Below, piece after piece: positions 41,842 through 54,600 of a stretch of 64,000 bases of DNA. The DNA is taken from assembly GCF_009914755.1 (NCBI RefSeq), contig NC_060947.1. One strand, 5' to 3'. This DNA comes from the human T2T-CHM13v2.0 reference genome, Homo sapiens. Within the stretch, counting starts at the first letter, position 1. Every line of letters starts with the position of its first letter. The notes beneath the pieces are model-generated. The model did no database searches. It was given only the letters and a program-made list of their open reading frames with translations, and was not told where the DNA came from. Both the position numbers and the translations under genes were made by a program.

Positions 41842-42845
41842 CAACACTGTACTAAAGGCTTTAACCAGTGCAATAAGGCAAGAAGAAAAAGACATCCATA
41901 TTGAAAAGGAAGAATAAATCTGTCTTTAGTCACAGATAACAATCATCTATGTTGAATATCCAATGAATATCCAGTGGAATCTACCAAAAAAAAAAAAGCT
42001 CCTAAAACTTAGTAAGTTTTGCAGAATACAAGATTAATCTACAAAAATCAATTATACTTCTGTTATCTATTAGAAATAATCAGAAATTGAAATAAAACAA
42101 TACTATTTACCATAGCACCAAAAGTGTGAAATATTTAGGGATATATCTGACAAAAAAAATAGGAAAAGCGTGTATCCTGAAAACTATAAAACACTGATGA
42201 GTGAAATTTAAAAAACCCAAATAAATGGATAGATACCCTGAGTTCATGGTAACTCAATATTGTTAAGATGTCAGTTTTCTCCAAATTTGATATACAGATT
42301 CAAGGCAATCCTTGCCAAAATCCCAGCAGGCTTCTTTTTTCTTTTTGCAAAAATTTATAGACCGATTCTAAAATTCATATGGAAATGGAAAGGACGTACA
42401 ACATCCAAAACAAGTTATAAAGGAAGAATGGTTGGGTGCATTGGCTCACACCTGTAATCCCACCACTTTAGGAGGCCAAGGCAGGAGGATTGTTTGAGAC
42501 CAGCCTGGGCAACATAGTGAGACCCCATCTCTACAAAAAAATTAGCCAGGCATGGTGGCATGTGCCAGTCGTATCAGTTACTTGGGAGGTTGAAGTGGGC
42601 CATGATTGCACCACTGTACTCCAGCCTGGGTTGACAGTCTTATCTCAAAAAAAAAGAAAGAAAAAAGAATGAAGTTGGAGAGCTCACAACATCTAATTGC
42701 AATACTAGTATAAAGCTATAGTAATCAAGACAGTGTGGTGCTGGCATAACGATAAACATATCAATCAATGGAATAACACTGAGTCCAGATATAGACCCAA
42801 ATACATATGGACAAATGATCTTCAAGAAAGTTGCCAAGGTAGTTC
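41842..42845 (+). mobile_element. Old L1 ORF2 fragment (degenerate), interrupted by an Alu
   Basis: L1 ORF2-like motifs (CAGTGCAATAAGGCAAG, ACTCAATATTGTTAAGATGTCA, CTAAAATTCATATGGAA, AAAGCTATAGTAATCAAGACAGTGTGGT); ORF 42260-42457 resembles L1 ORF2 (LIYRFKAI..KIP...ILKFIWK). Confidence 0.85.
42430..42666 (+). mobile_element. Alu (AluJ-like, internally deleted)
   Basis: Alu arms with deletions; flanking AAGAATG duplicated. Confidence 0.85.
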
Positions 42846-44638
42846 AAAGAAAGCTCAGTTGAGAGCCAGAAAAATGGGGTGGAAGAATTAATAGATCAAT
42901 GAACAAACAGATGAGGGAAGGAAGGAGGGAAAAGTGAAAGAGAAGGAGAGAGAGAGAGAGAGATTTGCTTTTTATTACGTGGAAAAAAATAGCATACTGT
43001 TTAACATCACTCTTCCTTGCATTCCTAGTCTTTCCCAATAGGGAGAGAGAAGAGTGGAATTCCAGACAGTGCCTGGGAACTGGACAGAACCCTGAGCTCT
43101 GCTAGAGCAATATAAGTGAGAATTCTCAACCATGTATGACACAGAGGTAGAAAAAGAGTCACTGAGGACCCCTGTTCTAGAGAGCAGCAGCACATTGCCT
43201 CCCTGATTTTTGTATGGCAGTTGAAGGGAGAGAAAAATGGTTCCTGCTTTTCAAGGCTTGATTAACAGAACACTCTTCTTGACTAAGCTATAGAAGCATG
43301 ACCAGCATGGAAAGTCATATATGTTGGGTTGGGGGGGTGGATTTATTATGTCACGAAGTGTACTGTATATCCTAACCATCACAGAGATGCAGGTGAACTT
43401 GCTAAGAAACATTTCCATGGCTGGACTCTTTCTTCCTGGATCTGTTACTCATTTCTTGTAGCATCTAATCTATGGGCACTGTTTATGTTATGTTATTATG
43501 TTATATTGTTATTATGGTGCTGGGGCTTTTGCTTCCACATTTCAGTAACTGGCAAAAGCAGACAACCAGAAAAACTGAGCCAAACAGAGCTCATCAGAAT
43601 CATACTGGCCAGGTCACACTGTCCCCCACTGCAATACGTTGGCAGCTGAAACAAGCATAATCACTAGTTGACATTTATTGAGGGCTTGTCACGAGCCAGG
43701 CACTATGAGAGCCTTACTTAGTTTATGACATTTAATCCTCACCAACAGCCCAATGAGGTAGGTACAAAGTTAATGAATGATAGAGTCAGGACTCAAATAC
43801 AGGTCTATTTAACTCCAAAGCTGATGTTCTTTCAAATACACAAAAGGCTGCCTAATTTATTTAAAGATATCTTTAAACAGCCCTTTGCCACAGCTGACTA
43901 GCACTAGGTTAAATATCAAAGCATGTCCAGCCTATGTTATTTATCCCCGGTTATTGAAAGTCCTTTTCAAATAGCTTAGGCTACTTTCCTGCCTTATTAA
44001 TAAATGCACTTTCTGGGATAAACTGGAATTTTTTGTTGTGATCAAAGATCTCACACTATTCTGGATGGGGGACTACTGAAGGAAAAGGTAGTTAGGCTAT
44101 AAATGAATTCATCCTTGAGCACACTCCACTAAAAGCCATCTTTAGGAATACATTCTGACATCAGTTTATGCTTTTGTCATTCGTCTTTTTCTACAAAGGT
44201 GCAATTGCAAAAAAGAAAAAAGAAAGTAAAAGAAAAAATAAGCAGTAATATTAATGCTTTCATTTGTCACAAGCTTTTGTGATATTAGACTTAGTCTAGT
44301 AGCTAAACTAAGGAACTATTGACATTATCATCACATAAAACTACAGCAATTACTGGCAAAGTCAAATACTTGGCCAGTGGATTGCTATCTTCATGCAACA
44401 TACAACCATTTTGAAGAGAACACTCACACACACATACTTTCATACACACACATACTTTCATACACACACAGTGGCAAAATTAGTGGGGGTTAGCAACAGT
44501 CACAACCCAATGTCTTAGAAAAAATACATGGGTCTCAATTAGAGGAAAAAACATAATCACGATATAATATGCAGGACTCTGGTGCCAGCAATGGACATAG
44601 AAACAGCTGAAGTCAAACATGAAAATGCACCATGCTGA

Positions 44639-44992
<354 letters not shown>

Positions 44993-47900
44993 TAAAGCTG
45001 AAAAGTTTTTCATTTGACTCCTGCCAGCCAAAAGCAAAGGGGTGCTGGTATGTTTATTTATGAAGCTATGTGCTCTTGACTACTCTTATCTGGATACTAC
45101 TGAATAGATAAACAGGTTTGTTCACTATAAGGTACTTCCGGCAAAGGCAGGTTAGAGCCGGTCTTACCAGAGTCAGCTCCAAGTAGATTTGTGGAGTAAG
45201 CAGGGTTTGACTTGATCATCTCATATTCCCCTTCTGTACACCTTCTTTTTCTCCATTTTAATATCCCTCCTTCCCCTAGCTTAATTCATTTAACCCATCA
45301 CTTATAGTGCTTAATTCAACATTTATAGTATTGTTTGCCAGGCACTGTGCTTGGTTGCTCTGCCCTGGCCCCATATTTGTGGCCTTCACTAGTACTTGAA
45401 AACTGGACTTGGTCCTTGTTATTCCCTAGCCTGAGCCTATGTGAAAAACATCTCAGACTGAGAGGAGTGATCGAGTTCCATCATCATCTCAACTTTGGGC
45501 AATTTAATTTTTAAGTGGATGCCTCTGAATGTCATACGTAGATGTAGATATATGTGTGTCTGTTTGTCTATCTACCTATCTAATCTACATCTCCTTAGCT
45601 TTGGTTGGCTGATTCGAGAGAGAATAGCTATAGTGATATATGAGTTCTCTATTGCTTCATTGATGGAGTAGATTAGAGGCTTGAGATGGCTCAACAATAC
45701 TGTTGAGGAAAGGTAGCTGTCCAAATAGAACCAGAGATACCATTATTTTAGAAGAAAAAATGAAGCAGTTGAGAAGTACATGCTTTTTCCTTTCATCACC
45801 GCTACTGCTACATTTTTTTAAAAGTAGGATGATTCTAATTTTTCCAAAAAGTCTCCATTTTCACAGTAGCTGGCAGAGCCCACACAAAAAGAGGGAAGAG
45901 CACCTGGCTGGACATCCTGAGATCTGGCTCCTGGCCTCCCTTGGTGCAATTAGCTGAAGTATCTTGCTCTCTGGGAGAAGAACTGTAGCATACATTGCAG
46001 TGGAAAGATCATGGGACAAGTATGAGAAGACCAGGTGTCTAGGCTGCCCTCTGCTAGTAGCTAGGTGTGTGCCTCATGGAAAGTGACTTACCTTTCTTGA
46101 GTCTCAGTGTCCTTGTGTTCAGCAAAATAATTGGTCTCATGTAAAGTATGAAAATGTTCCAATACCAAATGAACATTATAAAGGCTCTTGGTGGCTACTA
46201 CACATGCCCAGCTTTGACAGTTACTTGCTTTCTGGGGATAATCCAATGGGTCAGCAAATGGATTGACTGTGTTCTGCTGTGTTGGCCAGAATAACAGGTT
46301 CACATTACCAAAGGGAACCATATGTGAGGCTAAATGCAGTGGTCTGGCCTGATTGGTCATGGGTCAACCTCTGCAAAACCTATGCTTCCTGATCTCAGTG
46401 ACACAGTTCTGCACTGAAGTTTTTTTTTTTTCTGTCTTGTCAATTTGGCTCACTGTTGGCATAGAAGAAACTGCTTGCACCTCCCTGAAAGTCATTTCCA
46501 GGGTAGTCTGGCTCTGCTGCTCAGACATATCCCATTCCATCTGTTCCTCCCTGAAACAGAGGGCTGGCTACCCAGCTTCACATCCAGGCAATGAAATAGA
46601 GCAACCAGAACTGACGCAACATTCAAGCTGTAGGTTTCCTAAGCGACTCAGCATGCTACACTGAATCTCAGTAGGCTCCAAATGGATTGAAAGTTGGAAA
46701 AAGGTGGAATTAGACATTTCATTTTAGCTTTGACCTAATCCACAACTCCAACGTGTTCTGACCAAGACACAGAGGATTCTGCCCCTCTGGAGTGACCGAC
46801 TTGCATTTTCTTTCTCTGACCTAACCTTGCTACATGAAGGGTAAATGGATAAAATTAAAGAGCTCAGGGATTGCTTCTCAGGAGCCTTTATTGATATCCC
46901 CATATGACCTATTTCCCACCCCAACCCTGGCATCAGCTAGGGATTGTAGCACTTAAATACCACGTTGTCATCCTCTGTCCTCCCTACTAAGACTGTGAAC
47001 TGCTTGGGGGCACCTATAGTATTTTATATTTATATGGCCCCAGAGTCTAGTGCAATGGCACAAAGTAAATGCTTAATATATTTTAATTACTACTACTATT
47101 ATTATCATTGGTGCCAAAGAAGGTTTTTTACCAAAATTGTTCATTTGGATACCTCAGGTGGGCATATCATTATCCTCTTGGAGCCTCAATTTCCTCATGT
47201 GTGCAATAGAAATAATAGTGCCTGTTTCATGAGCTTTTGGTAGGCAAGGATTAATGAGACAAAATGTACCAAGTGCTTGGGACACAGGTTGGCCCGTAAC
47301 ACTCAGTCAACACATATTCCTTATTTTTAGCCATGATGCATATTTGGGGCAGCTTGACTTTTGCTTTTTTGTTTTCTTCAAAAACAGAGAAGACTGAATT
47401 TCTTTTCAGAGAAGGAAAGAACCCTCCTTCTATCTCCCAGCCTGTGTCTGGCCTCAAAATAACATAGGGAAATTCTTAAAAACTGCTCTATATCCTATTG
47501 TCATTAGGTCAAATAACATCAGAACATGGCATCCTCTGGGCTGGTTGTTGTGAAAGAAAATACACCATGGGGAAAAGCCTTGGGGTGGAGACATCTACCT
47601 ATCCCCTCCTCACCACCACACACACCAAAGCTAAGGAAATGCATAGACAGTGCAGCAGGAACTGGCAATCACAACTCTCTCTGAACTAGAACACAGTGCC
47701 TAAACATCCATAGGCACTGTTCTATAAAGTGTGAAAAATGCCCTTCATAGTCTCACCATATGCACAGAAGGTCAGTACTGCTCCTGTTGAAAATGATATC
47801 CCAAGAAGGAGAAAATGTACACTAATGGAAAAAAAGAAAAATCTCCTGAAAACTGATGGGAGAGGACTAAGAGGAGGAGAACAGTGCAAGAAACCCTGGC

Positions 47901-48309
47901 ACACATATCTAGGAAGAGGATGTCGGAGAACTTGTAATTTTTCACTAACAACCAATAAAAACAATGAAGAATTCAGAACTAGCTCAGTCTATGAGTCACT
48001 ATACATGTCAAGTAAAAGTTACCTATCTCAAAATGTGCAAAGAGAGAGACCCTTCACCATGGCAGAAGCTTGGGATGTGACCAAGTATGGCAAGTGAGAT
48101 ATAGATCATTTTTTATCTCCTTAAGAATGTATTTATTCAGCCCTCCCACTGTTGAAAACCTGGGTATGGTATTAGGTATGCATTCTCTATGTCATCTTAA
48201 CTCAGATTCTACCAATTGCTCCTTTTGTAGCTCAAATGGAGATTCTTCACTCAAAAAGTAAGACAGTGAACTCCTGCAAAGCCAAAAGAAACAAGGGAAG
48301 GCCCCTTTG

Positions 48310-50550
48310 GAAAGGCAACAGCAAATCACAAACATCCATAATTATACATCAGGGACTAATAAATGGAGATTGTGCCCTGTGGTTTTTGGTGTGACAGGTA
48401 GGTACAGGGTGCCCAGGTAGGGTCTGCCATTGTTGTAAGCATGGAGTTAAAAGAAGTTCTGCAATGCCATCCCTGTTAACTAAGAGTGCGTGTTAACAAT
48501 GAATTGGGACTAATTTGAAAACATTCAGCTGCCTGGGAATGTGTGCATCAATTCCCTTCCTTCATAATTTATACAGCATTTTGATTATGGTGCTCAGCAA
48601 TAAATAACTGAAATGAGTTCTAACTGCTTGGAGATTTAGTTTTATGTCTTTAACACCGTTTTTTATATTTTGCAAGATAACCCGCATTCAACTTTATATG
48701 CAAACCTGAAATGGTATTCAGAGGAAAAGAAGGAAAAAAAGGCAGCCAGTAGATCTTTCACTTTGGGAATTGAATATAAGATCATATTCAAAGTGCAGCA
48801 TTTACGGTCCAATGCTGAATACATAAAATATATGACCATTACAAATTCACCTTTCATTGCAAAGCTGTGCTCTTGTAGTGACATATCTTATTGCTAGATT
48901 AGAGCTTTTAGCATGATGAAGGTATCTTTCATTTTCTCCTAGATGCAGGCTGGGTGCTCTTTCTGGACTGAGTTTCTGCGTGTCACAATGCCCCACACCC
49001 TGGAGAGAGAGCTTACGGAGAACTCGAGCCATTCACCACAGGGTTGAAGCAACTTCCAAGGGGAAGTGTCTAATTAGAGGTATGTCATCTGCGTGGGATC
49101 ACACTGCCTGAGTTTGCCACACTTTGCTGAAGCCAAAGGGAGAGATCGGCTGGTGTTGTCTTCTGGAATAAGCCCAGAAAAGGTCAATCTAATATCGCAA
49201 ATATTCAGCCCATACAAGTTTTGGTAATACCAAAAAAACAGCTTCATGTAGGACTTGGTGCATATTAGTTACTAGGAAAAGAATATACATATCATATAAA
49301 TCAGTGATATGGTTAAAACATAAATGTACTTAAACCAGGAAATTTATGGAAAAGCTTACCAGATTCTTCTAACTCAAGCCTAAACTCAGTGTATGGATCA
49401 GGACAGGTTTTCATGGACTTTGTAAGTCATAAATCAGTGCTGCTGCTGCTGCTGCTTTAATTCTTAAAACTTGTAATCCAACTCTTACATTGCCCTTATG
49501 GACTTATGTCCTTGCCCTTCACAGTCAGCCCTAAGCTATCTTTCCAGAGTCATCTCCTGACTTTTCCATCCCTCTCCTCCCTCTTCCCTAGTTCTTCATG
49601 CACCCAATATTACTGACACATGCCTTGCTCGTTTCAATTCCCCAGTGACGAGCCCAGTGGGAGGCACACAGAAGACATTCCACAAATCTTTGTTGAATGA
49701 ATATGAATAAATGACAAAAGGAGGACAGCACTTGACTTTTTGACAGCTATGTCAGATGTACAGGAGCACTTTTTCACTTACTTCCCACTCTTAGATGTGT
49801 TCCGGGTCTTTGTGGATGACGGAGAGTTGGCGCCTGCGTTAGTGTTTGGAGAACCCCGTTTATCCTTACTATACCCACAGAAAGAATAGAAAACATATAC
49901 ACAACAAGGACCACAGAGACAAAAAGCAATTAGTCACTTCATTTAAAGACTCTCAAGGCCAGCCTGCATATCCCCCCACCACCCCCTGGCCAATCTCTCT
50001 CTCTCTCTCTCTCCTGTCAAAGTATGATCTTATCCAGTTGTGCCCTTTAAAGGTAGAGAGTGGGAACCACTGGTCAAGTTCAAAGAAAGCTATCCTTTTG
50101 GCATTCAAAGCTTGAGCTCATGGATTCCATCAATGATAGCACCACAGCCCAGGCCCCAAGGGGGCCTCTAGTTTTAAAAAAAAAGTATAAAAATAACTAG
50201 TCTTTAAAATAAAATCCTTTCTTTCCAGGCACTGAATTCTCTTCATTACATGTTCAGTTCTGAAGCTGCTGACTTTTGGTGAAGTATGTGGATGCCAAAT
50301 GACTTCTAAAAGTCTTTGGGAGATACTATCAGATGAATTAATAATTTTCACTCATAATGTTACATGGGAAGTCCGTGAATTCAGATATTCTTTCAGGAGA
50401 ATCACCACCTGCTTCATGAGTAATTGAATTTAAATCTCCACCTTCAATAACTCCACAGCTTATGTCAAACCTTGGAAACAATTACGAAATAAATCACAAG
50501 GAAGGCCTGCTTAATCTCATCAGGTTAATAAACGCAGACGAATTAATCAC
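48310..50550 (+). ncRNA. Candidate spliced antisense lncRNA overlapping the cassette exon (probably HS6ST2-AS1)
   Basis: Plus-strand donor CAG|GTAGGT (48398), acceptor TTTCATTTTCTCCTAG| (48942), donor GAG|GTATGT (49080), acceptor CTTTTTCACTTACTTCCCACTCTTAG| (49794), AATAAA at 50488 and 50527. I recall an annotated antisense RNA near this exon; ends and exon structure are inferred. Confidence 0.35.
49782..49868 (-). CDS. HS6ST2: HS6ST2 87-nt alternative (long-isoform) coding exon
   Basis: Acceptor TTTCTGTGGGTATAG| and donor GAA|GTAAGTG; phase 2-2; reads (S)KDKRGSPNTNAGANSPSSTKTRNTSKSG(K), and the final AA joins the G of the terminal exon in frame; matches my recollection of the long-isoform insert. 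Confidence 0.93.
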
Positions 50551-51171
50551 CTAAAGGTAAACAAAAAGGAATAATTGATTGGAGTCTTCTTGATTACTTT
50601 ATTCTATTTCCTTTATCAAACTATTTTACCATTATCTTCAGTTCAGCTGCTCTGCCTTGAAATTATTCCTTTACTTCATCTTCAGATTTCCATGGAAACC
50701 AATTCAAAGCCTTTCTCTCCACTTGAAGATGTGTGGAATTATTTATCCTGATTTCATCAGGAAGATTTTTTTTTTTTTGTTAGTAAGTTCTACGTCAGCA
50801 TAACCTTTTATAAAAAGTGAAGGTAAGAAAGAAAAATATGTATCTTTGCTTTTAATGTGTATAATAGAACCTTCCAGTGGCAAAGAATATTGTCTCAGAA
50901 AATGTCAAACATCTTTTCAGATATTTATGAACCTTTTAAGTATCTCCAAAATAGATGTCTGCAAGTAGCTGTATTTATATGTGGGGTGGGCTGGGGGTCA
51001 CAAAAGATATTCTGCCATGCACCCATCAGCTTCAAATGACTTCATGGATATGATTGGAACAAGAGATAATGATGGGTTCCTGGTGATTGCAAAGGTAATA
51101 AAGATGTGTGTGGGCATGGAAAAAGGCTGATCAGGAAAAGTCAGAGAGATAGCAACTGTCCAAGCACTTAA

Positions 51172-51604
<433 letters not shown>

Positions 51605-54600
51605 CTATCCCAGAGGAGGGGGCAGAAATCCACTGGAATGAAGTGCTGGGATTCCTGCACAGTGCAGGGACCATTACCCCGTACCACTCACAGACTCACC
51701 AGAATGTGGCCACATTCTGAGTGGGGACTGAAGAATTCATTTGGTGCTGCCTCTATCCGTCCTCGATGACTTCCTGGCAAAGGATTCCTTAGGGACCTGA
51801 GACCAGGGACCATCCTGGCTATCCTCCTCACAAATTCAAAATTGTCTCTTCCAGAAGTTTGGCATAGCCTGATGCAAAGAATGCAATATGCTAATATGCT
51901 CTGTGTCACTCTTGCACCCTGGTCACTGGCCACTGAGCCTTCCTCCTCCTAGCCCCTCACTTAAGCAGTAGGCAGTGGGAAACTTGGCTGGAAGCATTCA
52001 GATACAAGGGATGTTTTTGATGTGTCTCATGCACACTACTGGGCTCAGAGTAGGTGGTCATTTAAGTCATCACTAAATCACTAAGTGCTGAGTCACTAAG
52101 TTCATTCATTCACTTTTTTTTTTTTTTTTTTTGATAAAGCAAAATCCCCCACTGCTAAATTCCCATGTCTGCGCCTTGGGCACTAGGGTCCTCTATAGTT
52201 TACATTATAATTGACCCTGTTTAAGCTCAATGCAGGACACAGTAGGACATCAGGGAAAGCTATCAGCTGGCAGCGGCAGCCTCATTATTGTCAACTGGTG
52301 CTCTAGCGGGAGGTGGTCCTGGAGCAGTAATCCTTTAAAAGATAGGAATAAGGGCCCCTCTAACCTACTGCCAAATCCCCCAAGTACAGATATTGGGGAA
52401 ATGAAAACAAAAACATTCTCAGGAATAAATCACACAGGGAAGGCATTGCACCAAGAATAGGGGTAAAATTAATCAAGTAACTGGAAATGTTTGTTCTGTG
52501 CAAATAACAGATCCATTAACAGTGATGAAATGTATCTGAAAGGGGGATCAAGAAGAACTTGTGGCTGGCTTGGATCCTCGGAGCTTAATTTTGTAGATGT
52601 ACTAATGACTGTGGTATAGAAAAGTTTACCTAACATTGACAGAAAAAGTCTTCATTCCTCCACCAAAATCCAGGTCAGTTAGATAAGCCTGGGCAAGATG
52701 CCATAATTCTGAAACTTTGAGAGAGAAGGAGATCTAAAGCAGTGATATCAAGGACACTGCAGTTTCTAGAAGGGTCCCATGAAAAATAAAGAGAAAATAC
52801 TGCAGCTGCAGACTGTCTGGGAACTTCAAAGATCTTTGGGGCAAAGACCTAAAGATTAAGATCCTGCCAAGAACTCTGGTCACTGAAACATCCCGCAATC
52901 CCAGGGATTTACAAGAATAAATCCAACCTGTTTCAAAGACACATAGATATAATTTTGGATATATGAGATTGGTGGGGGGGGGTGGGTGCTCCTTGATTTA
53001 GAGTTCCTAACTTACATAACCGAAACAGATCTACCCCAGTAGTTATTCTTTTGATTTGCCCATCTCTAGACTACTTGTCAGCCCTCATCACTTTCATCTT
53101 GTCTTTGAATTGTAATCTCAAACCTTATGTCCTACAATTTCCAAGGCTATGGATCCAGGCTTCCTCTACCTCACCTGAGTAGCTATCCTTTTCTATGGAT
53201 AAGCTGCTTTCCTCTCTCTAGTGCCTCACAACCAAGCCTCATTAAAGGCCTGTGAAAACAATTACAGGTGAGTTTCTGTTGGGAAAAGTTAATGAGTGCT
53301 AGCTCTCCTTCTGTCTGGTTGGCTGTCCATCTCCATCTGTCAAGAAAACCCTTTCCCACAGGTTCCATAAATGTCTCCAGCACTACAAAAGTGAAAAAAC
53401 AATTTGCAGTATTATGCACATTCTATTCAGGTGGGAAAATTGCAACTAACCCAACTCTTCAGCATTTTCAGTGTTTCTGATTGAATGATTTGATGCTGAA
53501 ATGGTATCCAGTGTACTTAAACCAAAATGGCAATCAGACCCACTCCAATCTGAGTTTTGCTGTTTGGTCAAAGCTAATTGTGGGAGAAGAACCCTGTGGC
53601 TTAAAACACACCTGACTCACTTTTTTGATGGGTGGCATATAGAAACTTCTGCATCTCCTTTGTAAGCTCTTTTCGGAATTAATTCATCTCAGATCCCTGA
53701 AAAATAGTTGTGCTGATACAACTACAATAGTACTGAAATTTTAAGAATTAATTTTCAGGGTCCCAGGAAATTGAAATTGTATTTCAAGAGAACAGGTTTG
53801 GCTATGATATTTATTGTCTACATATCTTTTACTAGGCACTTAGCATGTGGTGCTCGTAGTGTTGCTTATATTTTATTATTTATCTGTCTCTCCAACTCAC
53901 TTTTAAATGGGCAGTCAAGAGGTATTCATTGAACAAATAAATGAAAAAGCTGCATTTGGGCTCAATGGAAAGAAGTGTCATGATTGAGTATTAATGTCTT
54001 GCACCAGTTTGAGAGAAGGAAGTGGTGACACATGTCACATATCTTCCATCCCTGAAGAGGAATGGTCTGGGAGAATTGGACTCCAGTCACTGAAGGTTGG
54101 TCATCATGTGCATCACAAAAAACGTGAGCTTAGAAAGGATTCTCAAGCAAGCTTGCTTGGATGGTTGCAGAGTGCCTCTGAAATAACACATCTGTTGCAT
54201 TTGTATAGTCCTTAATGTTTTCCAATGTGTGTTCTTGTAAGTGATAACTGAGATGAAACCCACTTTATTGTTGAGGGTTTGTTTCAAGTCTCTCTGAGGG
54301 AAATACTGGCTATTCTTTACTCCCTAGAGATGCCTCTAGGCTCCTGAACACTCCCTGACTGAAAAAATGCACTTAAAACAGACTCTCCCAGGGATAAAAG
54401 CTCATCTAGTCGGCCTCCCCAACAGGTGCTTCAGGCCCCTCTCCAACAGATACACCAAGTCGTCATCTTTTGAAAGGTTTTTCAATCGTGGTTGTTTCCC
54501 CATGAAAACTTGCTTTTCTCTTTTCTAAGAGACTCACATTTCTGAAGTATGTTTGCCCTTGTTCTATTGTTGAGCAAGACACCTCTTCAAATATTGATTT

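Noticed and set aside
42260-42457. L1 ORF2-like peptide
   Set aside because: Degenerate, frameshifted old L1 fragment interrupted by an Alu; not an active element
46086-46094. Perfect minus-strand donor AAG|GTAAGT
   Set aside because: Lies in MIR-like sequence and I found no convincing upstream acceptor or recursive AG|GT context
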